Virus record (IMG/VR): IMGVR_UViG_3300020463_000013
Span: 1 to 64,000 of that record
Direction: 5' to 3' (one strand)
DNA: 64,000 nt
Source: a virus
Shown here: positions 19,527 through 28,474 of the stretch, in pieces
How positions within the stretch are numbered: the first letter of the stretch is position 1
How the letters are laid out: each line of letters opens with the position of its first letter
The notes under the pieces: generated by a model
Seen by the model: only the letters and a program-made list of their open reading frames with translations
Database searches by the model: none
What the model was told of the DNA's origin: nothing
Position numbers and translations under genes: made by a program

Positions 19527-20093
19527 ATGAAATTAAAGAAACTAGTATTATTAATAGATTTTCATGGACATCCTCAGTGGGACAATAACGATCATGATAA
19601 TAACCTACGCTATGCACATTTAAGAGAAATGATGTTTAGAACTAAAGGAGAATGGATTGTTATGTCAGACCATCATCCTAAGGATGAAGCTATTCAAGAA
19701 ATACGCAAGTTGGTAAAAATTGAGGGTAAACATCCTTGGATAGATATAGACTATGATGAGCTCAAGGAACCTTGTCCTCCTCCTGTACAAATAATAGAAA
19801 AAGTAAAAAGAGAAACGGATCAACCTTTTGTAAAGAATCATATTATAATAGGTGGATGTAACACAGCAGGTTGTGTGTTAGACGCAAGGTGTTATTCTGC
19901 AGTCGCCTGGGCTAAACTTGGTTGGAATGTTAAAGTACACTTACCATTATGTGCAGACTATCAAAAATTTGGAACTACTGCCGCAGAACGTAATATGTTT
20001 GCTTATGCCGCATTTGACCAAACAATTAAGAATCACGGGCTACATAATAATGTAATGATGACTGCTGGACGTAGCGGTTTAGAATTGAAATAA
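19527..20093 (+). CDS. isochorismatase-like cysteine hydrolase
   Basis: LLIDF and IIGGCNTAGCV. Confidence 0.55.
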   Translation: MKLKKLVLLIDFHGHPQWDNNDHDNNLRYAHLREMMFRTKGEWIVMSDHHPKDEAIQEIRKLVKIEGKHPWIDIDYDELKEPCPPPVQIIEKVKRETDQPFVKNHIIIGGCNTAGCVLDARCYSAVAWAKLGWNVKVHLPLCADYQKFGTTAAERNMFAYAAFDQTIKNHGLHNNVMMTAGRSGLELK

Positions 20094-20103
20094 AGGTAAA
20101 ATT

Positions 20104-22392
20104 ATGAAAATTACACACGGTGATCAGACAATAGATTTATTTCCAAATGAAATACCTGAAGTTTGTCCTATAAGTTTATCAGGAGGTTTAGACTCAGCAA
20201 GTCTTATGTACTTAGTGTCAACCCATTTTCCGGACATACAACTTATACCATATACATGTTTAGATCTAAACGCACCTAAAGATGCTGATGCTGCCAAAGA
20301 AATTGTAGAATGGATGCAAAAAAAGTTTCCAAAAAACAATATCCCCGACATTGAAATATATCCGTTCAACGATAAGAACGAAGATTATGTAACGTTTGAG
20401 CAATGTGATGCTACAATAGAAAAATATCCCCAATTCAAAGGTATGCGTCGCCGTCAAGTATCAAAAATTATCCAGGTTGATCAAATAAGTTGGCAAATGA
20501 TGAAAAGGTTTCCAGGATGTATTAGATTAGACGGTATGACAAGGAATCCGCCTAAAGAAGAAATGGAGGCAGGAAATTTTTGGCACAAGGCAGAAAGACG
20601 TAGAGACAAAGAAGCAGAATACATAGAACCTTGGAGGCCAAACAAAAAACATCCTGCTTTAAGTATCTATCAACCTTATTGCAATGTAGATAAAAAATTT
20701 GTAGCAGGTGTATACATAGAAAATGACCTAATGGACGATTTGTTTCCTATGACAAGATCATGTGTTGGAACTAGTCCTAAACTTACAAAAGATTTTACCG
20801 TAGAATGCAAAGAGTGTTTTTGGTGTGAAGAAAAAGCCTGGGCTTTTGACTGGGATGTTGATGCACTTCCTATAACTTGGTCTGAACCTCCGTCACATCT
20901 AACAAAAGGTGGACCTGGAGATAAAAGCAGGCCAGGTAATGTAAGTACAGCCACTTGGTTCAATTATATGGACGAAACAGGTAAAAAAAAAGCCCGAGAA
21001 AAAGATAGTATTGTAAGCCTTGCAAAATCTCAAGAAATATTTTTTTGTGATATTCCATTTAATCAAATCTATTCAGAAATAGATGGAAATTACGGAGCAT
21101 GCTGTTTTGCTAGAAAAAGTGGCGTAATGGTAGACGAAGTTTCTTTAGAAGATTGGATGGAAAACAGTGAGTACATGAATTCAATTAGGAAAGAAATGCT
21201 TACTCCTGGATCCGACCTTAAGGCTGTAAAAAACTATTGTGAAAGATGTGTATCAGACGAAGAAAGGTATGGACGAAGTAGACGCACTAATTGTCTAAAA
21301 ATACACACAAATGATCCACCTTTCTGGAACAAGATAGAATCCAAAGTTAGTAAATTTAGAAAGACTGGCAAATTTTATATACGTAATTCTAAATATACTG
21401 AGTTACATGGATTACCATTTGAACATAGCGAGCGTATATTTGAAATTCAGTTAAAAATTTACGGATCTGAATGTAACCTAGATTGTTATATGTGTGATTA
21501 TTCAAATTCAACTACACGTATGAAGAGTATGGAAAAAGGTGTAATTACTCCTGAAATTTGGGGATCAGAATATGCAAATAAACCAGATGGATATTTCAAA
21601 GATGTATTGAGAGATAAAACAAAAGGTAATATTGAACAAATTATAGAACTAGCACCTTACACAAGAAGTATAAAACTTATAGGTGGTGAACCTTTGATTA
21701 TGAAAAAGCAATACGAAATGCTTAACGCCCTAGTAGAAGGTGGCCATGCTGACAAAATTAGATTAAAATACCAAACTAATCTCACAGAAACAAAAGCCGG
21801 TAAACATAATCTGTTAAAGTATATTCCAAAGTTTGACCATGTTGCTGTAGTAGCATCCGTTGATGGAATAGGTAAAACTATAGAATATATGCGGAGACGT
21901 ACTGATTGGAATAAAGTTGTAAAAAATATCGAATTGTGTAATCAATATGATAATGCTGTAGTAGACTTTAATGCACTTGTATCTTTTCTAAGTGTTTTAA
22001 GATTTTATGAAGTAATAGACTGGTGTAAAGAAAATCCTGTGATAGATCAACTTAACTGGGCTATGCTAGAATATCCATATCCATTACGCCCCAATAATTT
22101 ACCTAAACCAATTAAAGATGAACTTATTCCTAAGTACAAAGACTGGCCGGATATTGTTGCTATACTTGAAAAACCAGCTGATCCAAATGTTGACCTTCAA
22201 GATATTTTTGAATATTTGATACTACAAGATCTATACTATAAAGGAACCAAATGGGAAATGAATTTGTTTGATGTATTTCCTGAGCTAGAACCTTATTACA
22301 AACCAAGGAAGATGACAAAACAAAGAACACGTACGATTGCATCTTGGAATAAGCAACAGATTGAATCTGATGCTGAAGAAATTTTAATGTAA
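20104..22392 (+). CDS. fusion of QueC-like PP-loop domain and Twitch-radical SAM
   Basis: SGGLDSA...SC...CKECFWC in first ~250 aa; then CDIPF...CC...CERC, CNLDCYMC, GGEP. Confidence 0.85.
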   Translation: MKITHGDQTIDLFPNEIPEVCPISLSGGLDSASLMYLVSTHFPDIQLIPYTCLDLNAPKDADAAKEIVEWMQKKFPKNNIPDIEIYPFNDKNEDYVTFEQCDATIEKYPQFKGMRRRQVSKIIQVDQISWQMMKRFPGCIRLDGMTRNPPKEEMEAGNFWHKAERRRDKEAEYIEPWRPNKKHPALSIYQPYCNVDKKFVAGVYIENDLMDDLFPMTRSCVGTSPKLTKDFTVECKECFWCEEKAWAFDWDVDALPITWSEPPSHLTKGGPGDKSRPGNVSTATWFNYMDETGKKKAREKDSIVSLAKSQEIFFCDIPFNQIYSEIDGNYGACCFARKSGVMVDEVSLEDWMENSEYMNSIRKEMLTPGSDLKAVKNYCERCVSDEERYGRSRRTNCLKIHTNDPPFWNKIESKVSKFRKTGKFYIRNSKYTELHGLPFEHSERIFEIQLKIYGSECNLDCYMCDYSNSTTRMKSMEKGVITPEIWGSEYANKPDGYFKDVLRDKTKGNIEQIIELAPYTRSIKLIGGEPLIMKKQYEMLNALVEGGHADKIRLKYQTNLTETKAGKHNLLKYIPKFDHVAVVASVDGIGKTIEYMRRRTDWNKVVKNIELCNQYDNAVVDFNALVSFLSVLRFYEVIDWCKENPVIDQLNWAMLEYPYPLRPNNLPKPIKDELIPKYKDWPDIVAILEKPADPNVDLQDIFEYLILQDLYYKGTKWEMNLFDVFPELEPYYKPRKMTKQRTRTIASWNKQQIESDAEEILM

Positions 22393-22403
22393 ATAAGTTT
22401 ATT

Positions 22404-22433
22404 ATTGACAAGCATTGTCAATTATGTTATATT
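22404..22433 (+). promoter_or_regulatory. sigma70-type promoter with palindrome over the -35
   Basis: TTGACA-N17-TATATT with TG extension; ATTGACAA-gca-TTGTCAAT. Confidence 0.7.
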
Positions 22434-22468
22434 ATAATTGAACTTTGGAAAAAGGAACAAAAAGGTTT

Positions 22469-23320
22469 ATGACTCCTACACTTAAAGAGTTAAAAGGATC
22501 TGAGTACAGGACTGTAGATTTTTATCTATCAAAAAGTTGCAACAAAAGTTGTCATTACTGTACTGCTTGGACTCTACAAATGAGAAATCTAAATGTAGAT
22601 ATGGACTTAGTCCGTACAATTCTACAAGGCCTTTCACCTTATAAAACAAGGATTTGTTTGCTAGGCGGCGAGCCTGGCCTTACAAAGAATTTAGATGAAG
22701 TAATTGCAGAAATTAAGAAACACGACAATCTTATTCCGCAAGTACTATCCAACAGTTTAGTTCGTAAGTTTTATCCACATATATTAGAAGATAGAGATAT
22801 AATTTATATTGAACATCTTGTGCTAGATTTTTATGAAGACAAAATTGAAAAACTAGGAAATTATCCTTTTCTTCCAAAAAACGATCTTAATAACTATAAT
22901 TTAATTATTGAGACACCGGGATATTTTAAATATAGAGACATGTTTGATTTGTCAGAAATAGATCACGAAAACACAGAATTTAAAGAATACAATTCACGTT
23001 CTCCAGACTTTTTTACAGATCATGAACTAGTACAGGCACCTGAATTTGATAGACGTGTTTGTGCTAAATTTCCGCAAGTGCCTGTGTTTGATTTTGAAAT
23101 ATGTAAAATTAGACATTGTAGTAGAAAAGCAATAAATGGTTCACGTGAGTTTGATATCACTGTAGATAACATAACAAAAATGATGAATTATGATTTGTTT
23201 GAATTTGAAAAATATTGTACAAAGTGTATGGACATTATTCCTAAACGTCCAAAAATGCGTAGAGATGAAATTGCAGGTAGAATTTCAAACGAAATAAACC
23301 TTTTAGATATAATGGCTTAA
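22469..23320 (+). CDS. radical SAM protein with C-terminal Cys cluster
   Basis: CNKSCHYC, GGEP; VC...HC...CTKC; start moved to ATG 22469. Confidence 0.85.
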   Translation: MTPTLKELKGSEYRTVDFYLSKSCNKSCHYCTAWTLQMRNLNVDMDLVRTILQGLSPYKTRICLLGGEPGLTKNLDEVIAEIKKHDNLIPQVLSNSLVRKFYPHILEDRDIIYIEHLVLDFYEDKIEKLGNYPFLPKNDLNNYNLIIETPGYFKYRDMFDLSEIDHENTEFKEYNSRSPDFFTDHELVQAPEFDRRVCAKFPQVPVFDFEICKIRHCSRKAINGSREFDITVDNITKMMNYDLFEFEKYCTKCMDIIPKRPKMRRDEIAGRISNEINLLDIMA

Positions 23321-23322
23321 TT

Positions 23323-24831
23323 ATGGATATTTTTGCAGTAGCAGTAAACATTCACGATCACAACACATATGATGGTAAAGTGCATTTTCTTGCAGAAAGA
23401 CACACAAGAGAAAAACACAACCTAAACAAAAGCAACCCACACGACCCTACACCAAGTAGAGAGTTTTACAAATCCTATATAGAACCCGGTTATCACACAG
23501 ATAATAAGATATTTGCATTTACTGTAAGTAATTTAGGACAAGAATTTGTAATTGACTACTTAGAAAATACACTTAATGACAAGAGTTTCTTAGAATTTAA
23601 TCCTACAAAACTATGGGATTATTACAAAACAAAAGATTATTATTACATAGATCATCACCAAAGCCATGCGGCATATGCATTTTTAAGTAGCGGTTTTACA
23701 GAAAGCGATATACTTGCTATAGACGGAAGAGGCTGGCAGTTTAATTGTGTGTTTATAGATAAAGAAGGTAATATAAACGACATAAGCGATAAAGTTTCGA
23801 TAGGCGGATTGTGGAATAGGCTTTCTCAAGACTTAGGATTTGGTTATCTTGGTGCTGGCAAGACTATGGGTTTAGCAGGATATGGAAAATTTAATTTTGA
23901 TGTATACGAAATGGTACACAAATATTTGAAAGATCCTAACCATAAACTCCCTCGCGGTAGTAGAGATATTTTAGAAAAGGTTGCTAGAGAAGACATTGCA
24001 TTTACTCTACAAAAATATACTATAGACTTAATTAAAAAATACGTTTACCCTTTAAAGACAAGCGAAAATATTTGTATAGCAGGTGGTGTAGCATACAATG
24101 GTTATATGAATGAAGAATTTACAAAACATTATACCAATGTTCATGTACCACCTGCGGCAGGCGATGAAGGGCAAGCGTTAGGCACATACATGCATGCCGA
24201 CTATATGTTAAATAAAAATATTCATATGCCAACTGTATATTCAGGAGAGAAATATACAGTTGATGAAGATATATTTAAAGACTTACAGTTTGAGAAAATG
24301 CCATTTGTAGAAATTTGTTCATTAGTAGCAGAAGCAATTGACAATGGACAAATTGTAGGTTGGTATCAAGGTTGTAGTGAGAGCGGTAACAGAGCTCTTG
24401 GTAATAGAAGCATACTTGCTGATCCTAGAGCAGATTATGTGCAAAAACAAATTAACGATACAATTAAATTGCGTGAAGACTTTCGTCCATTTGCACCAAG
24501 CGTACTCGAAGAGCACTATCAAGAATACTTTGATACTAACCAACCTAGTCCTTACATGAGTAGAATAATGCCTGTAATAAAAGATTCAATCCCAGGAGTT
24601 ACTCATGTCGATGGTACTGCAAGAATACAAACTGTAAACAGAAAATTTAATCAAAGATATTATGATCTAATTAAAGCATTTTATGATAGAACAGGAATAC
24701 CTATGTTGTTAAACACAAGTTTTAATTGTCAAGAACCTATTGTTGAAACACCAAAAGATGCAGTGGATACATTTAAAAAATGTGGGCTACATTTACTGAT
24801 TATAGATGATTATGTAGTGAGAAAAAAATAG
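23323..24831 (+). CDS. O-carbamoyltransferase (NodU/CmcH/TobZ family)
   Basis: DHHQSHA, IDGRG, GKTMGLA, GGVAYN, GDEG, RALGNRS, REDFRPFAP, THVDGTARIQ, LNTSFN. Confidence 0.92.
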   Translation: MDIFAVAVNIHDHNTYDGKVHFLAERHTREKHNLNKSNPHDPTPSREFYKSYIEPGYHTDNKIFAFTVSNLGQEFVIDYLENTLNDKSFLEFNPTKLWDYYKTKDYYYIDHHQSHAAYAFLSSGFTESDILAIDGRGWQFNCVFIDKEGNINDISDKVSIGGLWNRLSQDLGFGYLGAGKTMGLAGYGKFNFDVYEMVHKYLKDPNHKLPRGSRDILEKVAREDIAFTLQKYTIDLIKKYVYPLKTSENICIAGGVAYNGYMNEEFTKHYTNVHVPPAAGDEGQALGTYMHADYMLNKNIHMPTVYSGEKYTVDEDIFKDLQFEKMPFVEICSLVAEAIDNGQIVGWYQGCSESGNRALGNRSILADPRADYVQKQINDTIKLREDFRPFAPSVLEEHYQEYFDTNQPSPYMSRIMPVIKDSIPGVTHVDGTARIQTVNRKFNQRYYDLIKAFYDRTGIPMLLNTSFNCQEPIVETPKDAVDTFKKCGLHLLIIDDYVVRKK

Positions 24832-25782
24832 ATGTTTGATCGTGAAGAATTTTATAAAATAAGAAATATCGTAAGCCTAAATAATAATCAAAATATAGAT
24901 GTCGTATATGATGTAATGACATCGTTATCTTTAGATGAAAAATACAGGGCATGTTCACACCTAATAAAAAATGCAACAGACTTACAATCGTTAGACAACA
25001 ACTTTGATGTGCTTGTAAAGTCAATTGAAAGACAAGATAAAATTACTTTTTATACTACAATGCTAGATATAATAGGAAATAATATTGATGACAACTTACT
25101 AACAAATGTTTTGAAAGTTATTAAAGATGATCCGTCATTAGAAAAAGATATATATGATAGCTTTAGCACCAATCAGATGTCAGCAAAGACTGCACTGCTA
25201 GATGCTGTGGATAATTTAAATATATTAGACAAATCATCTATAGTTGTAATATGGGGTATTTGGTATGGAAGTATTTTAATTCCTAAACTAGCAAACAAAG
25301 TAAAAAAAATAATCGGTATTGATATAGATGAGCGTCCTTTATACATTTCAAAAAATAGAATATTTCCTAATTATGAAAATATAGAATATATTTGCGACGA
25401 TGTATTTGAAACATACAGAGATGCATATTTAAATACCAAACTAATAATAAACACAAGTTGCGAACATATGAAGCCTATGAAAGACTGGCCTTGGTTTAGG
25501 TTTAGTTCTATGGCAACAGATGCTGTACATCCTAAAGGATATGCAGATGACAAACCACACAGAAGAAAAGTTTATCAATCAGCAAAATTATCAAGCGACT
25601 GTTACTTTGCTTTTCAATCAAATAATATGTTCGATATAGAAGGCCATATAAACTGTGTTAGTAGTTTAGAAGAATTTAAACAGCAATTACCTGAAAGAGC
25701 AGAAGTGTTATACGAAAATGAAGTAGCTGACACTCGCGGCACAAGATATATGCTAGTCGGAAAATTTAATCATTTAGTTTAA
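24832..25782 (+). CDS. putative class I SAM-dependent methyltransferase
   Basis: IWGIWYG, IGIDID, INTSCEHM. Confidence 0.55.
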   Translation: MFDREEFYKIRNIVSLNNNQNIDVVYDVMTSLSLDEKYRACSHLIKNATDLQSLDNNFDVLVKSIERQDKITFYTTMLDIIGNNIDDNLLTNVLKVIKDDPSLEKDIYDSFSTNQMSAKTALLDAVDNLNILDKSSIVVIWGIWYGSILIPKLANKVKKIIGIDIDERPLYISKNRIFPNYENIEYICDDVFETYRDAYLNTKLIINTSCEHMKPMKDWPWFRFSSMATDAVHPKGYADDKPHRRKVYQSAKLSSDCYFAFQSNNMFDIEGHINCVSSLEEFKQQLPERAEVLYENEVADTRGTRYMLVGKFNHLV

Positions 25783-26486
25783 AATATGTTTCCAAGGTAA
25801 TCAAGCAGTGTTGTATGCACTTGTTCTGCCATGTTAGCATGTGCTTTTAATCCAGGATGCATGCCGTCTAATCCATAATCATCTATCATAGTTAAAGTAT
25901 GAACATCTACTTCAAACCATTTAGGTAAATCATTTGGTAACAGACTTGTAATTTGAAATGGTCCTACTGGTCTTACAAAATTAAAATGCCAATTTTGTAT
26001 TCCTTTACTATCTAAATATCTTTTTGCATGATCTATATTTTGTAAAGTTTCATATTCTAAATTTCTTTGCCAAAAAAAGTCTTTGTAATATTTGTTGTTA
26101 ATATTAAATCTCTCAATATGCATTTGTGCATTATATCTTCTAATATATTTTTTTTTGGTATAAGATGGACTTATTTGAAAAATTGTGTCTTTTGTAAAAA
26201 AACATGTGCGGTAAATATTTGTCCATAAAATAACTACAAAATCTGTTTCTTCTAATTTAGAATTGAGAATAATTTCAGTGATTTGTTTGTTAGATGCTCC
26301 ACAACAAGATAAATTTTCCAATGGCAATTTAATTTTTTTTGCTAACAATGCTGGCCAGGCATCTTTGCTTGGAGGGGAATCGCGAAGTTTTCTATATTTC
26401 TTTTTATCAGAAAAAAACTCTTGTGCCGAATCAGGTAAACTTTTGCCATATGTATGACTACACCCAAAAGCTACAAGTCTGTTCAT
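25779..26486 (-). CDS. SGNH/GDSL-like protein, tandem copy 3
   Basis: FGCSHTYG, NLSCCGASN, DGMHPG. Confidence 0.7.
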   Translation of the reverse strand: MNRLVAFGCSHTYGKSLPDSAQEFFSDKKKYRKLRDSPPSKDAWPALLAKKIKLPLENLSCCGASNKQITEIILNSKLEETDFVVILWTNIYRTCFFTKDTIFQISPSYTKKKYIRRYNAQMHIERFNINNKYYKDFFWQRNLEYETLQNIDHAKRYLDSKGIQNWHFNFVRPVGPFQITSLLPNDLPKWFEVDVHTLTMIDDYGLDGMHPGLKAHANMAEQVHTTLLDYLGNIF

Positions 26487-27160
26487 ATTTGCTCCTCTAT
26501 CCTTGCAAATATATTTTCCGCTAAATCAACATGTGCTGACACACCAGGATGCAATCTATCTGCTCCGGTATCTTCTAATAAATCTAAATTTTGTATTGGA
26601 GCAGAAACCCATGCATCCATTTCTTTTGTAAATTTAGATGTTATAGGTCGTATGCCTTTTCTTTCAAAAGTAAAATGAAAATTTTTAATTCCTTTTTTTA
26701 ACAAGTAATTGTAAGAGTGATCAATACTTAGTTGTGTTTCATATCTTGAATTTTCTTCTGTATGGAAAAGTTCGTAATATCTATAATTATAAAGTCTACG
26801 CCATCTAGGATTTTGCTTAAACTTTTTTATATAACCTGGAGTAAGTTGTTTGAACTGTAATCCTTTTTCGTCAATTGGTTCATCTTGCAAAAAACAACTT
26901 CGACTATGATGCGTCCATAAAACAAAAACAACATCATCCTTTTCAAAATTTGTGTTAACTATATTGTAATGAATTTGTTTGTTAGATGCTCCACACGAGC
27001 CTAGATTTACACATTCCATATCTAACTTTTTTGCTAAAAGGTTAGGCCACGCAAACTGGCTTGGTGGTGGCATTGGAGCGTCTAAACTTTTTGTAGTCAA
27101 ACAATCTGGCAATGATTCCCCATATGTGTGGCTACATCCAAATGCTAAAAGTCTGTTCAT
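26483..27160 (-). CDS. SGNH/GDSL-like protein, tandem copy 2
   Basis: FGCSHTYG, NLGSCGASN, DRLHPG. Confidence 0.7.
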   Translation of the reverse strand: MNRLLAFGCSHTYGESLPDCLTTKSLDAPMPPPSQFAWPNLLAKKLDMECVNLGSCGASNKQIHYNIVNTNFEKDDVVFVLWTHHSRSCFLQDEPIDEKGLQFKQLTPGYIKKFKQNPRWRRLYNYRYYELFHTEENSRYETQLSIDHSYNYLLKKGIKNFHFTFERKGIRPITSKFTKEMDAWVSAPIQNLDLLEDTGADRLHPGVSAHVDLAENIFARIEEQI

Positions 27161-27822
27161 AATTGTTTCTCTATCATTACATGCATTTTTTCTGCAATAT
27201 CTACATGTGCTAATAAGCCGGGATGATATCCGTCTTGTCCAACATCTTCTATTAAATTTAAATTATTTACTGGTGCAGTAAACCAACTATATGTGTTGAA
27301 TATCTTAGATGATATAACCTTACCATCAAAAGTAAAATGAAAATTTTTAATTCCTTTAGCTTCTAAATGTTTGTAAGCATGGTCAATACTTATTTGTGAT
27401 TCATATCTCGTATTTTCGTTTGTGTGATAAAGTTCATAATAGCCCTGATTATAAATTCTTCGCCATTTAGGAATATTACTACGTTTTTCTATCCAACCCG
27501 GCAAAAGTTTGTTAATTATAGGCTTTCCGTTTGATGCAGTAGTATCTGCAATAAAACAACTACGATTATGATGTGTCCATAAAACAACAACAATATCATC
27601 TTCATCGAAATCTGTTTCTACTATTCTTAAGTGAATTTCTTTGTTAGATGATCCACTGCTACTTAAATTTACACATTCTCTACGTAATTTTTGAGATAAA
27701 ACTTTAGGCCATGCAAACTGACTAGGAGGTGGCATTCTATCTTTCGCATTTCCTGTAGGCAAACAATCAGGAAGGCTTTCCCCATAAGTATTACTACATC
27801 CGTATGTTAAAAGTCTTTTCAT
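27157..27822 (-). CDS. SGNH/GDSL-like protein, tandem copy 1
   Basis: YGCSNTYG, NLSSSGSSN, DGYHPG. Confidence 0.7.
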   Translation of the reverse strand: MKRLLTYGCSNTYGESLPDCLPTGNAKDRMPPPSQFAWPKVLSQKLRRECVNLSSSGSSNKEIHLRIVETDFDEDDIVVVLWTHHNRSCFIADTTASNGKPIINKLLPGWIEKRSNIPKWRRIYNQGYYELYHTNENTRYESQISIDHAYKHLEAKGIKNFHFTFDGKVISSKIFNTYSWFTAPVNNLNLIEDVGQDGYHPGLLAHVDIAEKMHVMIEKQL

Positions 27823-28474
27823 ATTCTTTTCTTAACCAATCAAAGTCGTTTATTAGCCGAAGGTTAGACCCGCTAGAAAAGCCAAACTCCATACCAGCGG
27901 TAGCGCCTGCCAAAGCGTATTTGCCAAATGGTCTATCGTGTCCCACGGTTGTCCAAGTTTTAAGTCTTTCATCTGTTTCTCCTTGTTCTTGTCTATCTAT
28001 TGTTTTACTTGCTAATTTAGCACATTCTCTAAATGCACTACGCCAAGTATTCCACTCATCAGTGTTGAAGGATGTAATGTTACTTACAATATCAAAAGCT
28101 ACAAAATTTTTACTCAGACTAGTTGTCATATCTGTGCTAGTTGTATCCATATCTAATACAAGAGATTTTGGCAATAGTTTTAATCCACCATATCCATAGT
28201 TTAAATTATTTATGGGATTTATACTTTGCCATACATATACAGTATTATATGAAATACATAAATTTTCATCGAACTTAAAAGTAGGTAATATATCTGCATC
28301 TCCGTCAATCACATAAAACATTTTTGTGTCGCAAATTTGTGCGGCTTTTTTGTGTGCATTGTGTATACCTTTTATTCCATGAACACGTTTAATAAAAGGA
28401 ATTTGTTTTTGTAATTTTAGAAAACGTTGTTCACAGTCAGGTTCCTGATAACTTAAAAATACTACATCAAACAT
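27794..28474 (-). CDS. GT-A fold glycosyltransferase
   Basis: VVFLSY, VHGIKG..AH, VIDGD (DxD), YGYGGLKL, WRSAFRE; paralogue of 29861-30742. Confidence 0.7.
   Translation of the reverse strand: MFDVVFLSYQEPDCEQRFLKLQKQIPFIKRVHGIKGIHNAHKKAAQICDTKMFYVIDGDADILPTFKFDENLCISYNTVYVWQSINPINNLNYGYGGLKLLPKSLVLDMDTTSTDMTTSLSKNFVAFDIVSNITSFNTDEWNTWRSAFRECAKLASKTIDRQEQGETDERLKTWTTVGHDRPFGKYALAGATAGMEFGFSSGSNLRLINDFDWLRKEYEKTFNIRM

Noticed and set aside
16816-22392. 7-deazaguanine DNA modification / queuosine pathway
   Set aside because: Only QueC-like domains are present; I recognise no FolE, QueD or DpdA in the window, and the linked rSAMs are Twitch-type. Cannot be excluded for the rest of the genome.
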